Shown here piece by piece: positions 19,853 through 30,200 of a stretch of 64,000 bases of DNA. The position numbers and the translations under genes are program-made. The first letter of the stretch is position 1. Every line of letters starts with the position of its first letter. The stretch is from NCBI GenBank assembly GCA_037189525.1, contig JBBCJC010000005.1, positions 768,001 to 832,000 of the forward strand, read 5' to 3'. The notes under the pieces were generated by a model. The model did no database searches, had not been told where the DNA came from, and saw nothing but the letters and a program-made list of their open reading frames with translations. The stretch is from Gemmatimonadales bacterium. GTDB lineage: Bacteria; Gemmatimonadota; Gemmatimonadetes; Gemmatimonadales; GWC2-71-9.

Positions 19853-20407
19853 TCAGGGAAGGCCGTCGCGACAGCCGGGCGCTGTCGCGTTTCGCTCCGT
19901 CAGGCTCTGGGGACGGCGGAGGGGGACCGAAATCCGCTCGACCCAGTGGTATTGCCGGGTCCCGACCCGCATCGCCGAGAGCATCCAGTAGGTGCCGCGC
20001 GGGATGCCGTCGAAGGCGAACTCGCCGGCTTCGGAAGACGTGACACGCCAGGCGGCATGCCGCTGGAGGAGCGTCAGCCGTTCCTCGGTCAGTCGCTCGT
20101 CCCGCTCCGCAGCACCGTGGCCGACGGTATCGCCCCCGTTGCCCTTGCCGGGCCGCTCGTCCCGGGCCGCCTCTCGGGCCTTCTCCTCCCGGGCCTGGCG
20201 CTGACAAAGCGCCCTCCACTCGTTTCGAATGGCGCCGGACACGGGGACCAGGTACACGATCCTGCCCGGCCCGGTCACGACGGTGCCGGCACTGTCGACG
20301 GCGGAAATCGTTCCAATCACGGGCGACTGTGCCGCGACCCCCGCCGACCCTGCCATCGGTAGCGCGAAGCACAGCCCTGCCACTATCCCGACCAAACCTG
20401 TGCGCAT
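19853..20407 (-). CDS. Hypothetical exported protein with beta-sandwich (carboxypeptidase-regulatory-like) elements
   Basis: Signal peptide; TSSEAGEFAFDGIPRGTYWM motif; GGGAG upstream of ATG 20407. Confidence 0.65.
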   Translation of the reverse strand: MRTGLVGIVAGLCFALPMAGSAGVAAQSPVIGTISAVDSAGTVVTGPGRIVYLVPVSGAIRNEWRALCQRQAREEKAREAARDERPGKGNGGDTVGHGAAERDERLTEERLTLLQRHAAWRVTSSEAGEFAFDGIPRGTYWMLSAMRVGTRQYHWVERISVPLRRPQSLTERNATAPGCRDGLP

Positions 20408-20485
20408 TCTGCTCCCGGTGCGGTTTCCGATCACTGACAGCCCCGAACGGTAAGCCCCCTGACTCAAGCTCGTCCACTCCTGTGG

Positions 20486-20500
20486 GCGAAGATCGTGCCA
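20486..20500 (-). promoter_or_regulatory. Putative sigma-54 -24/-12 promoter
   Basis: Minus strand TGGCACGATCTTCGC, correct GG-N10-GC spacing, ~80 bp upstream of ORF 19853-20407. Confidence 0.5.
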
Positions 20501-21069
20501 TGGGCTGATTGTCGAGCAGGTACCGGATGCCGACCAGACCAGACGACTGTCTGGTCCGCAAATTCGTCCTGGGCGAAATTATGGTCGGAATTTCGTCGGC
20601 ACCGACGACCTGCGGACCTCGCCCAGCCGGAGCGACTCGTGATTGAGACCTGGCGGCGCACCAGGCGGGCCGCCCAGCGTCGGTCGCTCGGTCGACTCCC
20701 CAAAACCGCGCACCTCGGCATCAGCAGAGCCATCGCCGCCAATGCCGCGACCGACATTCCCCCGACGTGTCTCGCCCTGAAATCAGCCGATCGATCGCAT
20801 TGGTAGGTTTGCCCGGAAACGCGGTCCGTCACGACGCTCGAAATCGCCCACGGTACGATGTCCCGAAAGGCGCCACAGCACAGTACGACACCTCAAAGTC
20901 GCTTGCTACGCATATGTGCCCGATCCGGCTCGCGTCGGCGTCACCCCTCATGCAGCCGATCGCAAAGGCAACCGACATCGATCGTTGCCCAGCTTGCAGC
21001 ACACGAGACACCACTGTTACAGAGACGCCAGGAGAAAGCGAAACCCATTAATCGGAGGGAGAAAAACTC

Positions 21070-21393
21070 ATGCAACACGAACGCAGCCACGACCGTGACC
21101 GTTGGCCCGATCTGAAGAATCGGATTCTCAAGCGGTGGTCAAATCTGGCGGAAGCGGAACTCGACGCGACCGATGGAGACTGGGAGCGAATTCGCACCTT
21201 GATCCGCGCCGAGTACGGCATCAGCAACGAGGAAGCGGAGCGCGAAATCGACGCGCTGCTGACGGGCAAGGCGGCCTACACTGCGGCACCCACGTCGACC
21301 CGATCTCCCGCCGACCGAAAGCAGCGGGCACCTCGGCCTGATGATGAAGCGGTCCGCCGCCGGATGGGCGGTCCCCTGCATCGGACCAACTGA
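21070..21393 (+). CDS. CsbD/YjbJ-like small stress protein with C-terminal tail
   Basis: WPDLKNRILKRWSNLAEAELDATDGDWERIRTLIRAEYGISNEEAEREI resembles the CsbD/YjbJ pattern; GGAGGGAG RBS. Confidence 0.75.
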   Translation: MQHERSHDRDRWPDLKNRILKRWSNLAEAELDATDGDWERIRTLIRAEYGISNEEAEREIDALLTGKAAYTAAPTSTRSPADRKQRAPRPDDEAVRRRMGGPLHRTN

Positions 21394-21406
21394 CTTGGCG
21401 CGGCCC

Positions 21407-21569
21407 GCCGCCCAGAGCGGCAGCGCCCTGCGGATCAGGTGTGTCGAGCGCGGTCGAAGCGGAACAGCTGCTCGTCCCGATGCAACCGCCCGCCGATCTG
21501 CGCACCAATCAACTCGGCGGCAATGGCACTGAAGACGATGCCATTGTCGCCGTATCCCCAGGGCGCGTA
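21407..21569. repeat. Imperfect direct repeat, copy A (partner at 22971-23133)
   Basis: Manual alignment: 14 mismatches in the first 148 bp; offset 1564 bp. Confidence 0.92.
21435..21569 (-). pseudogene. Displaced 3' remnant of the FAD-dependent oxidoreductase
   Basis: Translates as GYGDNGIVFSAIAAELIGAQIGGRLHRDEQLFRFDRARHT* versus GYGGNGIVFSAIAAELIGAQIGGQSHRDEQLFHFDRARRT* in the intact gene. Confidence 0.85.
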
Positions 21570-21728
21570 GGCCCGGCCAAGATGCATTATCGGTCACATG
21601 AGGTTTTTCCCTTGTCCAAATCCTTCCTGAAAACACATTTTGGGACATGATGGCGAGGCGGCGCCCTCGTGCACCAGAATCACGCGCGCTGGGCACGGAG
21701 TCCGGATGGCAGCATGAAGGGAGCGAAT

Positions 21729-22898
21729 ATGGTTCGGTTCGTCCTGCGACAACTGATCGGCAGCCGGGCAGGACCGGTCGTGCTGGGTGCGGTCCTGGCG
21801 CTGCCAGCCAACCGGCTGTCGGCACAGGACTATATGGGTATGGCCGAGCTCTACGGCCAGGGCGTCGTCAATTCGCTCGGCAATCAGATCCGCTCGGCGG
21901 GCATTCGTTCGTCGATGGGCCGAAGCGGGACCGGAACGGGGGGCGCCGCGGCGGCCCGCTGGCCCGCGCACATTACCGCAAGCAGCATCGGCTCGCACGT
22001 ATTCACGGTCGATGAATTGCAGGCGATGAACAGCGCGGACGCCGCGCGGACGGGGCAATTGCTCAACGGCCGTACGATCAACATCACGGGAACGGTGGTG
22101 CACCCGCCCCGCACCGACCAGGCGATCCATCTGGTCAGCGGCGACGGACAAGGCTTTCACGTTTTCGTCTTCTTCCCCGGCGGGCGAGGCATGCCGCAGG
22201 CCGGCACCCGCATTACCCTCGAGGCAACCGTCGAACGCGTCCGCCGGACCATGGTGAGCGTCCGGAACCCGCAGGTCACCGGTCGAGGAACGCCGCCGAC
22301 GGGTGCGACGGGCTCGACGGCACAAACCTCCGGCGCGGCTACCGGCAGCGCCAGCCCGAACTACCACGCGTTGACATTCCGCAGCACCACCGCCGTCACC
22401 AACGAGCTGGCCGATCGATTTGCCGAGACCCTGGCGCCCGCGTTGAGGAAGGGACGGAGTCGCCAGGACATCGCCACCCTGGTGCGCAGCGGGCAGTTAC
22501 AGAACGGCTTTCGCACGCTCCTCCGGCCCTACGGCTTCTCCGATCGCGACGTGGCGGACGTCCTGGCCAGCCACATGGTCATGATCTGGCAGGTTGCCAA
22601 CGACCACCACGCCCAACCGCCGCGATCCCACGTCATCGCGGTTCGCAGCCGGACCCGCGAGGCGCTGGCCCGTTCGGGGTGGGTCCAGGCGATGGATGAC
22701 GCCGACAAGCAGCGGTTTGCCGAGACGCTTTCGGTTGGCACCATGATGATCGTCGGTCGCTACGTGAACGGGTACGACACCAACGATCGCGCGACGATCG
22801 ACCTGGCCGTTCGCGACGCGAAGGACATGGCCCGCTCGTTCGCCGACCTCGATATGACGCGCTACGCGCTGACGGATCAAGGTCTGACGCCACGCTGA
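21729..22898 (+). CDS. Exported hypothetical protein; possible OB-fold plus DUF6683-like helical domain
   Basis: AAGGGAG RBS, signal peptide (LSA-QD), G/T/S linkers, C-terminal YGFSDRDVADVLASHMVMIWQVAN...DDADKQRFAE; domain names from recollection only. Confidence 0.75.
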   Translation: MVRFVLRQLIGSRAGPVVLGAVLALPANRLSAQDYMGMAELYGQGVVNSLGNQIRSAGIRSSMGRSGTGTGGAAAARWPAHITASSIGSHVFTVDELQAMNSADAARTGQLLNGRTINITGTVVHPPRTDQAIHLVSGDGQGFHVFVFFPGGRGMPQAGTRITLEATVERVRRTMVSVRNPQVTGRGTPPTGATGSTAQTSGAATGSASPNYHALTFRSTTAVTNELADRFAETLAPALRKGRSRQDIATLVRSGQLQNGFRTLLRPYGFSDRDVADVLASHMVMIWQVANDHHAQPPRSHVIAVRSRTREALARSGWVQAMDDADKQRFAETLSVGTMMIVGRYVNGYDTNDRATIDLAVRDAKDMARSFADLDMTRYALTDQGLTPR

Positions 22899-22970
22899 CG
22901 CGAGGGAAAGCCGGGAGGACACCGTGCAGCACCTCGCTGGCGGTGATGACGGAGAGACAGGTGAGATCGA

Positions 22971-23133
22971 GCTGCCCAGCGCGGTAGCGCCCTGCGGATC
23001 AGGTGCGTCGAGCGCGGTCGAAGTGAAACAGCTGCTCATCTCGATGCGACTGCCCGCCGATCTGCGCACCAATCAGCTCGGCGGCAATGGCACTGAAGAC
23101 GATGCCATTACCACCGTACCCCAGAGCCGCATA
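22971..23133. repeat. Imperfect direct repeat, copy B (3' end of oxidoreductase plus 28 bp downstream)
   Basis: Matches 21407-21569. Confidence 0.92.
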
Positions 23134-24225
23134 TCCGCGTGATTCCCCCGGAATCTGCCCGATGTACGGCAGCCCGTCCGGTGTGGCTGCAAAGGTGCCG
23201 GCCCATGCGAAGGCGCGCTCGAGCGGTTCAATGCCAAGCAAGCGTTCAATCCGCGTCTCGAGCGCCCGAATGCGCACCGGCAGCAGCGCGTCGCGTCCAT
23301 CCGCATTCCGAAACGGGACGTCCATCCCACCGACCAGCACGCGCCCGTCGGAGGTCGTCCGGGCATAGGTGTACGGGCGCGCGGTCTCCCAGAGCACGGC
23401 GCCCCGGCCGAGTGGCGGGGGCAACGGACCGGGCTGAGTGACGAAGGCATAAGTGCTGTGGAGGGCGACATCGCCGTTCGGCACCCCTGGGGGAAGCTCA
23501 TAGCCCGTCGCAAATACGACCGCCCGCGCCATACATTGCCCGCGCGTCGTCACGACCCGACATCGGGCACCCTCGTCCTGCCATTCGAGCAACGCCGTCC
23601 TCGGGCAAACGACGGCGCCCCCGGCGACCGCCCGATCCAGCAGACGCCGGGCCAGCGCCACCGGATCCACCTGCGCGGCATGCGGGGTCTCCAGTGCGGC
23701 CGCCGCGGGAACGTCGTAGCGATCGGCCAGATCGCGGCGGGTAAGGAACCGGACATCGAATCCGTGCTCCTGGCGCAGTTCGGCCTCACGCCGCAACCGT
23801 TTGACGTCCCGCCGGCGCGAGGCGAGATAGACGCTGGCGACTCGCTGAAACCCGCATCCGTCGCCCAGCGAAGCCGCCAGGGCCGCGAGTTCGTCTATGG
23901 CCTCGGCGCACCGCCGGTAGGCGCGTACTGCGGAGTCCAGACCGATCAGATCAGCCAGCGCAGCGAGTTCCACGTCCAGCTCATACTGCAGCAGCGCGGT
24001 ACTGACTGCCGTGCTCCCCTCGGCGGGCGCATGGCGCTCGAGGACTACCACCATGCGGCCGTCGCGGACCAGTGTGTCGGCGAGGAGCGACCCGGTTATC
24101 CCGGCACCGACGATCAGCACGTCGGCTCGCGGCGGCAGCGGCAGTTCCGGCGGCTCGACCAGGCCATTCAGCATCAGCCAGTACGGAGCACCGGACGCAA
24201 TCCGAACGTCTGCAGAAACTGTCAT
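22999..24225 (-). CDS. FAD-dependent oxidoreductase (DAO/glycine oxidase superfamily)
   Basis: GAGITG, GSTAVSTALLQYE, FATGY, WAGTFAATPDGLPYIG, GYGGNG. Confidence 0.9.
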   Translation of the reverse strand: MTVSADVRIASGAPYWLMLNGLVEPPELPLPPRADVLIVGAGITGSLLADTLVRDGRMVVVLERHAPAEGSTAVSTALLQYELDVELAALADLIGLDSAVRAYRRCAEAIDELAALAASLGDGCGFQRVASVYLASRRRDVKRLRREAELRQEHGFDVRFLTRRDLADRYDVPAAAALETPHAAQVDPVALARRLLDRAVAGGAVVCPRTALLEWQDEGARCRVVTTRGQCMARAVVFATGYELPPGVPNGDVALHSTYAFVTQPGPLPPPLGRGAVLWETARPYTYARTTSDGRVLVGGMDVPFRNADGRDALLPVRIRALETRIERLLGIEPLERAFAWAGTFAATPDGLPYIGQIPGESRGYAALGYGGNGIVFSAIAAELIGAQIGGQSHRDEQLFHFDRARRT

Positions 24226-24278
24226 CGACTGTCCTCCAATGCGACGGATCCCCCCAGTACCATTCGAAGCAGCCGGCA

Positions 24279-27200
24279 CTACCGCGCGGGCCGCCGACGA
24301 TCGCCGAGGAGCACATACACCTGATGGATGCCCCCGTCATCCACCAGCGGAATTTCCAGGGGGTTCACCGGCACGCCGTCGAGCATTACACCCGTCACTC
24401 CGCGGCACCGCCGCTCCGGATTGCCGACAGTTATCTCATAACGGCTCCTGCCGTGGCGCCAGGAAATCGTAAACTCCGGCCATGCCGTCGGAATACAGGG
24501 GTCTACCGTGAAGGTATCCCCCCGACGGGTGAGACCGAGAATGCTCTCGAGCCCGGCCCGATAGAGCCACCCCGCCGATCCGGTGTACCAGGTCCACCCG
24601 CCTCTGCCGGCATGGGCCGGGTGGGAATAGACATCGCCGGCCAGCACATACGGCTCGGTCTTGTAGTGCGCTACCTCGGCAGCGCTCCTGGTATGATTGA
24701 TCGGATTGAGCAGGTGAAACAGTTCGACCGCCTCGTCTCCGTTCCCCAACTCGGCCACCGCCATGACCGTCCATACGGCGGCGTGGGTGTACTGCGCCCC
24801 GTTTTCCCGGACACCGGGCGGATAGGCCTTGATGTAGCCCGGATCCTGGGCCGATTGGTCGAACGGCGGCGTCAACAGCAACACGACACGCGCATCACGA
24901 CGGACCAATTGCGTCCGCACCGCGTCCATCGCCCGCTCGGCGCGCTTGAGCGGCGCCACACCGGACAGGACCGCCCACGACTGCGCGATCGAATCGATCT
25001 TGCCCTCGTCGTTCTGAGCCGAACCTAGCGGCGTCCCGTCATCGTAGTAGCCGCGCCGATACCACTCGCCGTCCCAGGCGCGATCGAGCACCGCCGCCAG
25101 CCGGATCGCTTGCCGGGCATAGCGGGTCGCACGGGCGGGATCGCGCGCCTCGCAGAGCGGGATGAACCGCCGGAGCACGGTATGGATGAACCATCCCAGC
25201 CAGACGCTCTCGCCCCGGCCCTCGACGCCGACCCGGTTCATCCCGTCGTTCCAGTCGCTCGCCCCCATCAGCGGCAGGCCGTGCGAGCCCGCGGTCAGGC
25301 CCCGATCGACTGCCCGAATGCAATGATCGAAGAGCGACCCGGAAGTCGCGGACACGCTCGGCAGTTGATAGGCCTCGACTTCACCGGCCTCGAGCAGCGG
25401 CGACTCCAGATACGGAACCACCTCGTCAAGAATCGCATGATCTCCCGTGACGCTGACATAGTGTGCCACCACGTACGGCAGCCAAAGCAGATCGTCCGAG
25501 CACTTGCTCCGCAATCCTCGACCGGCCGGTTCGTGCCACCAATGCTGAACGTCGCCCTCCACGAACTGCCGGCCGGCGGCGCGCAGGATATGAGCACGGA
25601 CCAGATCGGGCCGCGCCAGGACCAGGGCCATGACGTCCTGGAGCTGGTCGCGAAAGCCGTAGGCTCCGCCAGGCTGGTAGAACGCCGACCGGGCCCAGAG
25701 ACGGCAGCTGAGATTCTGATAGACCAGCCAGCCGTTCATCATCACGTCGAACGAGTCGTCGGGCGTGCGCACCTGCACAGTTTCGATCACATCCGACCAG
25801 AGACGGCGCGAGGCCTCGAGCGCCGAATCTGCCGCGGCCACACTGCCGTACCGACGGATCAGATCGAGGGCGTCGGCCCGGTCGCGGCCCTGCCCGAGCA
25901 GGAACACGACGCGGCGCGATTCCCCCGGTGCCAGGACGATGCGAACCTGGAGCGCAGCGCAGGGGTCGAGTCCCGCGCCGAACTCGCCGGACAGAACGGC
26001 GTGGCTCAACCCCGCAGGCCGCGACGGCGAACCATTCCGCCCCAGAAAGGCCAGGCGACTCCCCGTTGCTGATTCGACCGGCTCGCTGGCGTGGAAAAAG
26101 GCGACGCGCTCGGCGAAATCCTGGTTGTAGCGGTTGGCGGCAAGCACCGCACCGGTGTCGACATCATGCTCGGTGAGCACATGGAGCCGCTCGCCCGACT
26201 GTGGCGGACCGAGCCGCCATTCGCTATAGCCGAAGACGGAGAGCCGACGGGTTCGATCGGTTCGATTGGTGAGAGTCAGGACCGAGAACTTGAGCGGGTC
26301 CATCGGATCCACCAGCACAGTCAGTTCCTGCAGGACACCGCGCGAACCATGCACGAAACTCGATTCGCCCGCTCCATGCCGGATCAGATAGCGACCGCCG
26401 TCGACGGAACGCCGGATCGGGCCCGGCGTCGGCGACCAGATGTCGCCGCTGTCGTCGTCCCGGAGAAACAGCGCTTCCGTGGCCGGATCGGTGACAGGAT
26501 CATTGGAAAACGGCGTGAGCCGGTTCTCCCGACTGTTCTCGGACCAGGTGTATGCAGAGCCCGAGGCCGAGACGACGGTGCCGAAGTTGGGATTGGCAAT
26601 CACATTGACCCACGGAACCGGCGTATCACGGTCGCCGTCGAGCACGATGATGTAGTCCCGTCCGTCGGCGGAAAAGCCTCCGGTCCCATTGGTGAGAAGG
26701 CGCGGGGGAACCTCGATCGGCACTTCGGGATCCGGCACGGCCGATGCGGCCGCCAGCATTTCCGGCTCCCGCTGGATATTCGGCTCGGCATACGGCAAAT
26801 CCAGTTGCGTCGAAAGACTGCCGCGATCGCCGCTCAGAACGGCGCGGGCTACCGTGGCAAGCAGGATACGCTCCTCCTCCCGCATCCGATCGCCGCGCAG
26901 AAGGAAGACCCCGCCCGACCGCTGCTTCCACGCGCCCCAGGGGCCGCTGTCGAGCAGGGCCGCGAGTTGCACCTGGATATCGTCGATATAGCCGATGGGA
27001 TACTCGTTCAGGATCACGACGTCGACGCTCAGACCCTTGAGGCGCCAGTACTCCTGTCCCTGCAGCACCTGCCGCGCCAGGTCGAAATCGTCTCCGGTCA
27101 CGATGCGCACGAGCAGAATCGGCAGATCACCGGAAATGCCATGAGCCCAAAGCCCCGACTGGCCCAAAACGTTGCGCGCCAGCAGCTCGGGATCGGCCCG

Positions 27201-30200
27201 CAACGAGTTGTCGGCATAAAGCACGCGGGATGCCAGGCGCTCGAACAGCTGCGCATCGACGCCGGAGATGCCCAGGTATCGGAGCGTGCTCTGGGCCTGA
27301 CTGAATGCCAGCGCAAAGGTACGCGCTGCGGCACTCGAGGCGTGGTACTTGTAGGCCAGGGCAACCGCGTCCTCGCGCGTCGACGCGATCCCGGTGGCAA
27401 ACGAGAGCCGGACCACCCCGCCCGGCGCAAGGCGGATCCGTTGGCGTAGACTCACGATCGGGTCCAGCACCGCTCCTGTCATACCCGAGAGCGGCCGGCC
27501 TTCCAGCGCGATGGGATCCTCAGGCCCCCGACCTCGGCCCAGGAAGCGCGCCCGGTCGGTCTCCCATTCCACTGCCCCCTGCATTCTGCCTTCGATACTG
27601 AGCACGTGAACCGCCCAGAGCCGAGGCTCGTCGTGCGCCCGAGGTCGCCGGCTGCAAATCAGGGCAGCTGCCGCGGGCAGATACTCGGTTTCGATGAAAA
27701 GCTTGTTGAAGGCCGGATGCGCCAGGTCGGCACTGAGCGATGCCAGCACGATTTCCGCGTAACTGGTAACCTCGAGCTCCCGCGGCCGGTCGGTCTGATT
27801 GGTGACCGTGAGGCGACGAACTTCGACATCGTCCTCGGGTGAGACGACAATATCGAGCTGGGTCGCAATCCCCTCGTCGCGGCGGCGGAAGGTAGCCCGT
27901 TCCGCCTGGAACGTGACAAGGTACTCCTCCGGCTCGCGCTTGGTGGGATGATAAGTCGGCGACCAGACCAACCCGCTCCGGACATCGCGAAGGTAAAGGA
28001 ACTGACTGCCGACATCACGAGTGGCATCTTCCCGGTGACGGGTGACCACGTTGCCCCGGCAGAAGCTGGCGCCGCCGCCGGCGTTGGTCACCACAGTGGT
28101 ATAGGTTCCGTTCGAGATGAACTGCGCGTGGGGATACCGGGTGCGCGCGGTGCGGAACCGGCGGACCGCCACGGCCGGGACCGGCGCCGCCACGCGGGTT
28201 TCCTCGGCCGGGCGCACGCGGGTAATCGGTGAGTGCCGTGGCACCCGCTCCTGCAGCAGGAGCGATGCCGCTCGCACTCGCGGGTCGGTGTGGAATCGAT
28301 CCACCATCCGCCCCTCCAGGACGACGTTGGCAAGGGCAACGATGCTCATTCCCTGGTGATGGGCCATGAACGACCGGACGATCACTCCGCGGGAGCCGTG
28401 CGGCTTGGGTTCGGTAATCCGCTCGTCCTCTTCACCTTTCCGATGGGTATAGTCGACCGCTTCATAGAAACCGTAACGACCGTCCACGCCCTCCTCGGCC
28501 AAGCGGCGGAAGTTGCGAGCCGCCGCTTCCGGATCAATCATCGCCGCCAGAGCCGTCGCGTACGGAGCTACCACAAGTTCATCGCCCAATCCTCGTTTCA
28601 TACCAAGGCCGGGAACGCCGAACGCCTTGTACTGGTAGGTGCCGTGGTGGTCCACCACGTTAAAGGCACATTCCGAGATGCCCCAAGGCACCCCCTGCTG
28701 GCGACCATACTCCCGCTGGCGGTGCACGGCACGGCTGCAGGACTCATCGAGCAGCGTGCCCGGATAGGTCTTCATTACCAGCAGCGGCATCAGGTATTCG
28801 AACAGGCTGGCGCTCCACGACAGCAGCGTGGGGCTGCCATCCACGCTGGTCAGCAAGCGGCCGAGATGAAACCAGTGCGTGTCCGGGACGTCGCCTTTGG
28901 TAATCGCGACGAAGCTGGCCAGCCGCGCTTCGGAGGCAAGCAAGTCGTAGAAGAAGGGATCGAGCCGCAGTCCCTCGGCATCGGCCCGATGGCCGATGGC
29001 AAAGAGGTGGCGCTCCCGATCGTAAAGGAAGCCGAACTCCATCCCATCGGCAAAGGCCACCGCGCGCCGGGCCAGCTCCGACAGTCGGGCAGCAGCGGCA
29101 ACCTCGTCGCCTCGCGATGTTTCCGCATCGAGGCCGGCCACCACCGCTTCGACCCAGTAAGCCGCTTCGGCCACCTCCTCCGAGGCCACGCCATCGGGCG
29201 CCAGCGCAGCAATCGCGTCGGAAAGCGGGCCAATCATTTCCCGCGCGAGCGCCAGATTGGCGGCGGGGTCGCCGGGGCCTAGCAGGCTGAGGCGCAGCGA
29301 CGCCATAGCCTCGCGGGCGCGGCCGATTGCGCCGACGGGGCCGTCGGCCTCCGCCGGTAGCGTCTGCTCAGCGAGCACGACGGTATCCGCCAGGCCGGCA
29401 CATCGCTGCGCAGCCGTCTGGGGTTCGTCCACCAGCCCCCGAAGCCCTTCGCCGAGTGCCAGGAGTGCCCCGGCGAGGTTGCCGCTGTCGACCGTTGAGA
29501 CGTAGCGCGGCAAGAGCGGCTCGAGCGTCCGGGTATCGTACCAGTTGAGCAGATGGCCCTGATACTGCTCCATCCGGTCCATCGTATCGAGCACGGCCTC
29601 GACCCGCTCTATCAGCTCGTCGGTGGTGATGAAGCCCAGATCGTGCGCGGCCAGCGTGGACAAGAGTCCCATCCCGATGTTGGTCGGCGAGGTGCGGTGA
29701 GCAACCGTCGGAACCGGCGTCTCCTGGAAATTGTCGGGCGGCAGGCCATGGTTTTCCGGCCCCGCAAAGGTCGCGAAGTAGCGCCAGGTCTTCCGCGCGA
29801 TGAGACGAAGCGTGCGCCGGTCGTCCGCGCTGAGCGGTCGACGCGTCGGGGGTACCGGTCGGCTCAACCAGTACGCAATCAGCGGCGCGGCCAGCCAGAG
29901 TACCAGGATCGGCCCGGCAACCAGGAGGCTCCCCGGCCGGATCGCGATGATGGCCACGAGCAGCACCCCTCCGATGATGGAACTCGCCGCCATCTCCCCG
30001 ATGAAGACCCGGACTCCGCGCCGCGCGCCAAGCCGCGCCGCCCGGGCGGCAGCGACGTCGGCCGTCTCCCATTCGAGCAAGCGCTGCTGCGTAAAGACGA
30101 GGCGGACCAGGGTGAGGACGATGGCGTGCACCATCTCGTACGCATGGAACGCCAGAAAGGTGATCTGCAGCAGAACCTGCGCTGCCGCGGTCTGGGCATC

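Noticed and set aside
19792..20459. 11-bp direct repeat GGTAAGCCCCC flanking the exported-protein gene
   Set aside because: Short enough to occur by chance, or reflects shared -10 elements; no mobile-element features.
21407..23133. Repeat pair as DGR template/variable repeat
   Set aside because: Mismatches are not adenine-specific in either copy or strand, and there is no reverse transcriptase in the window.
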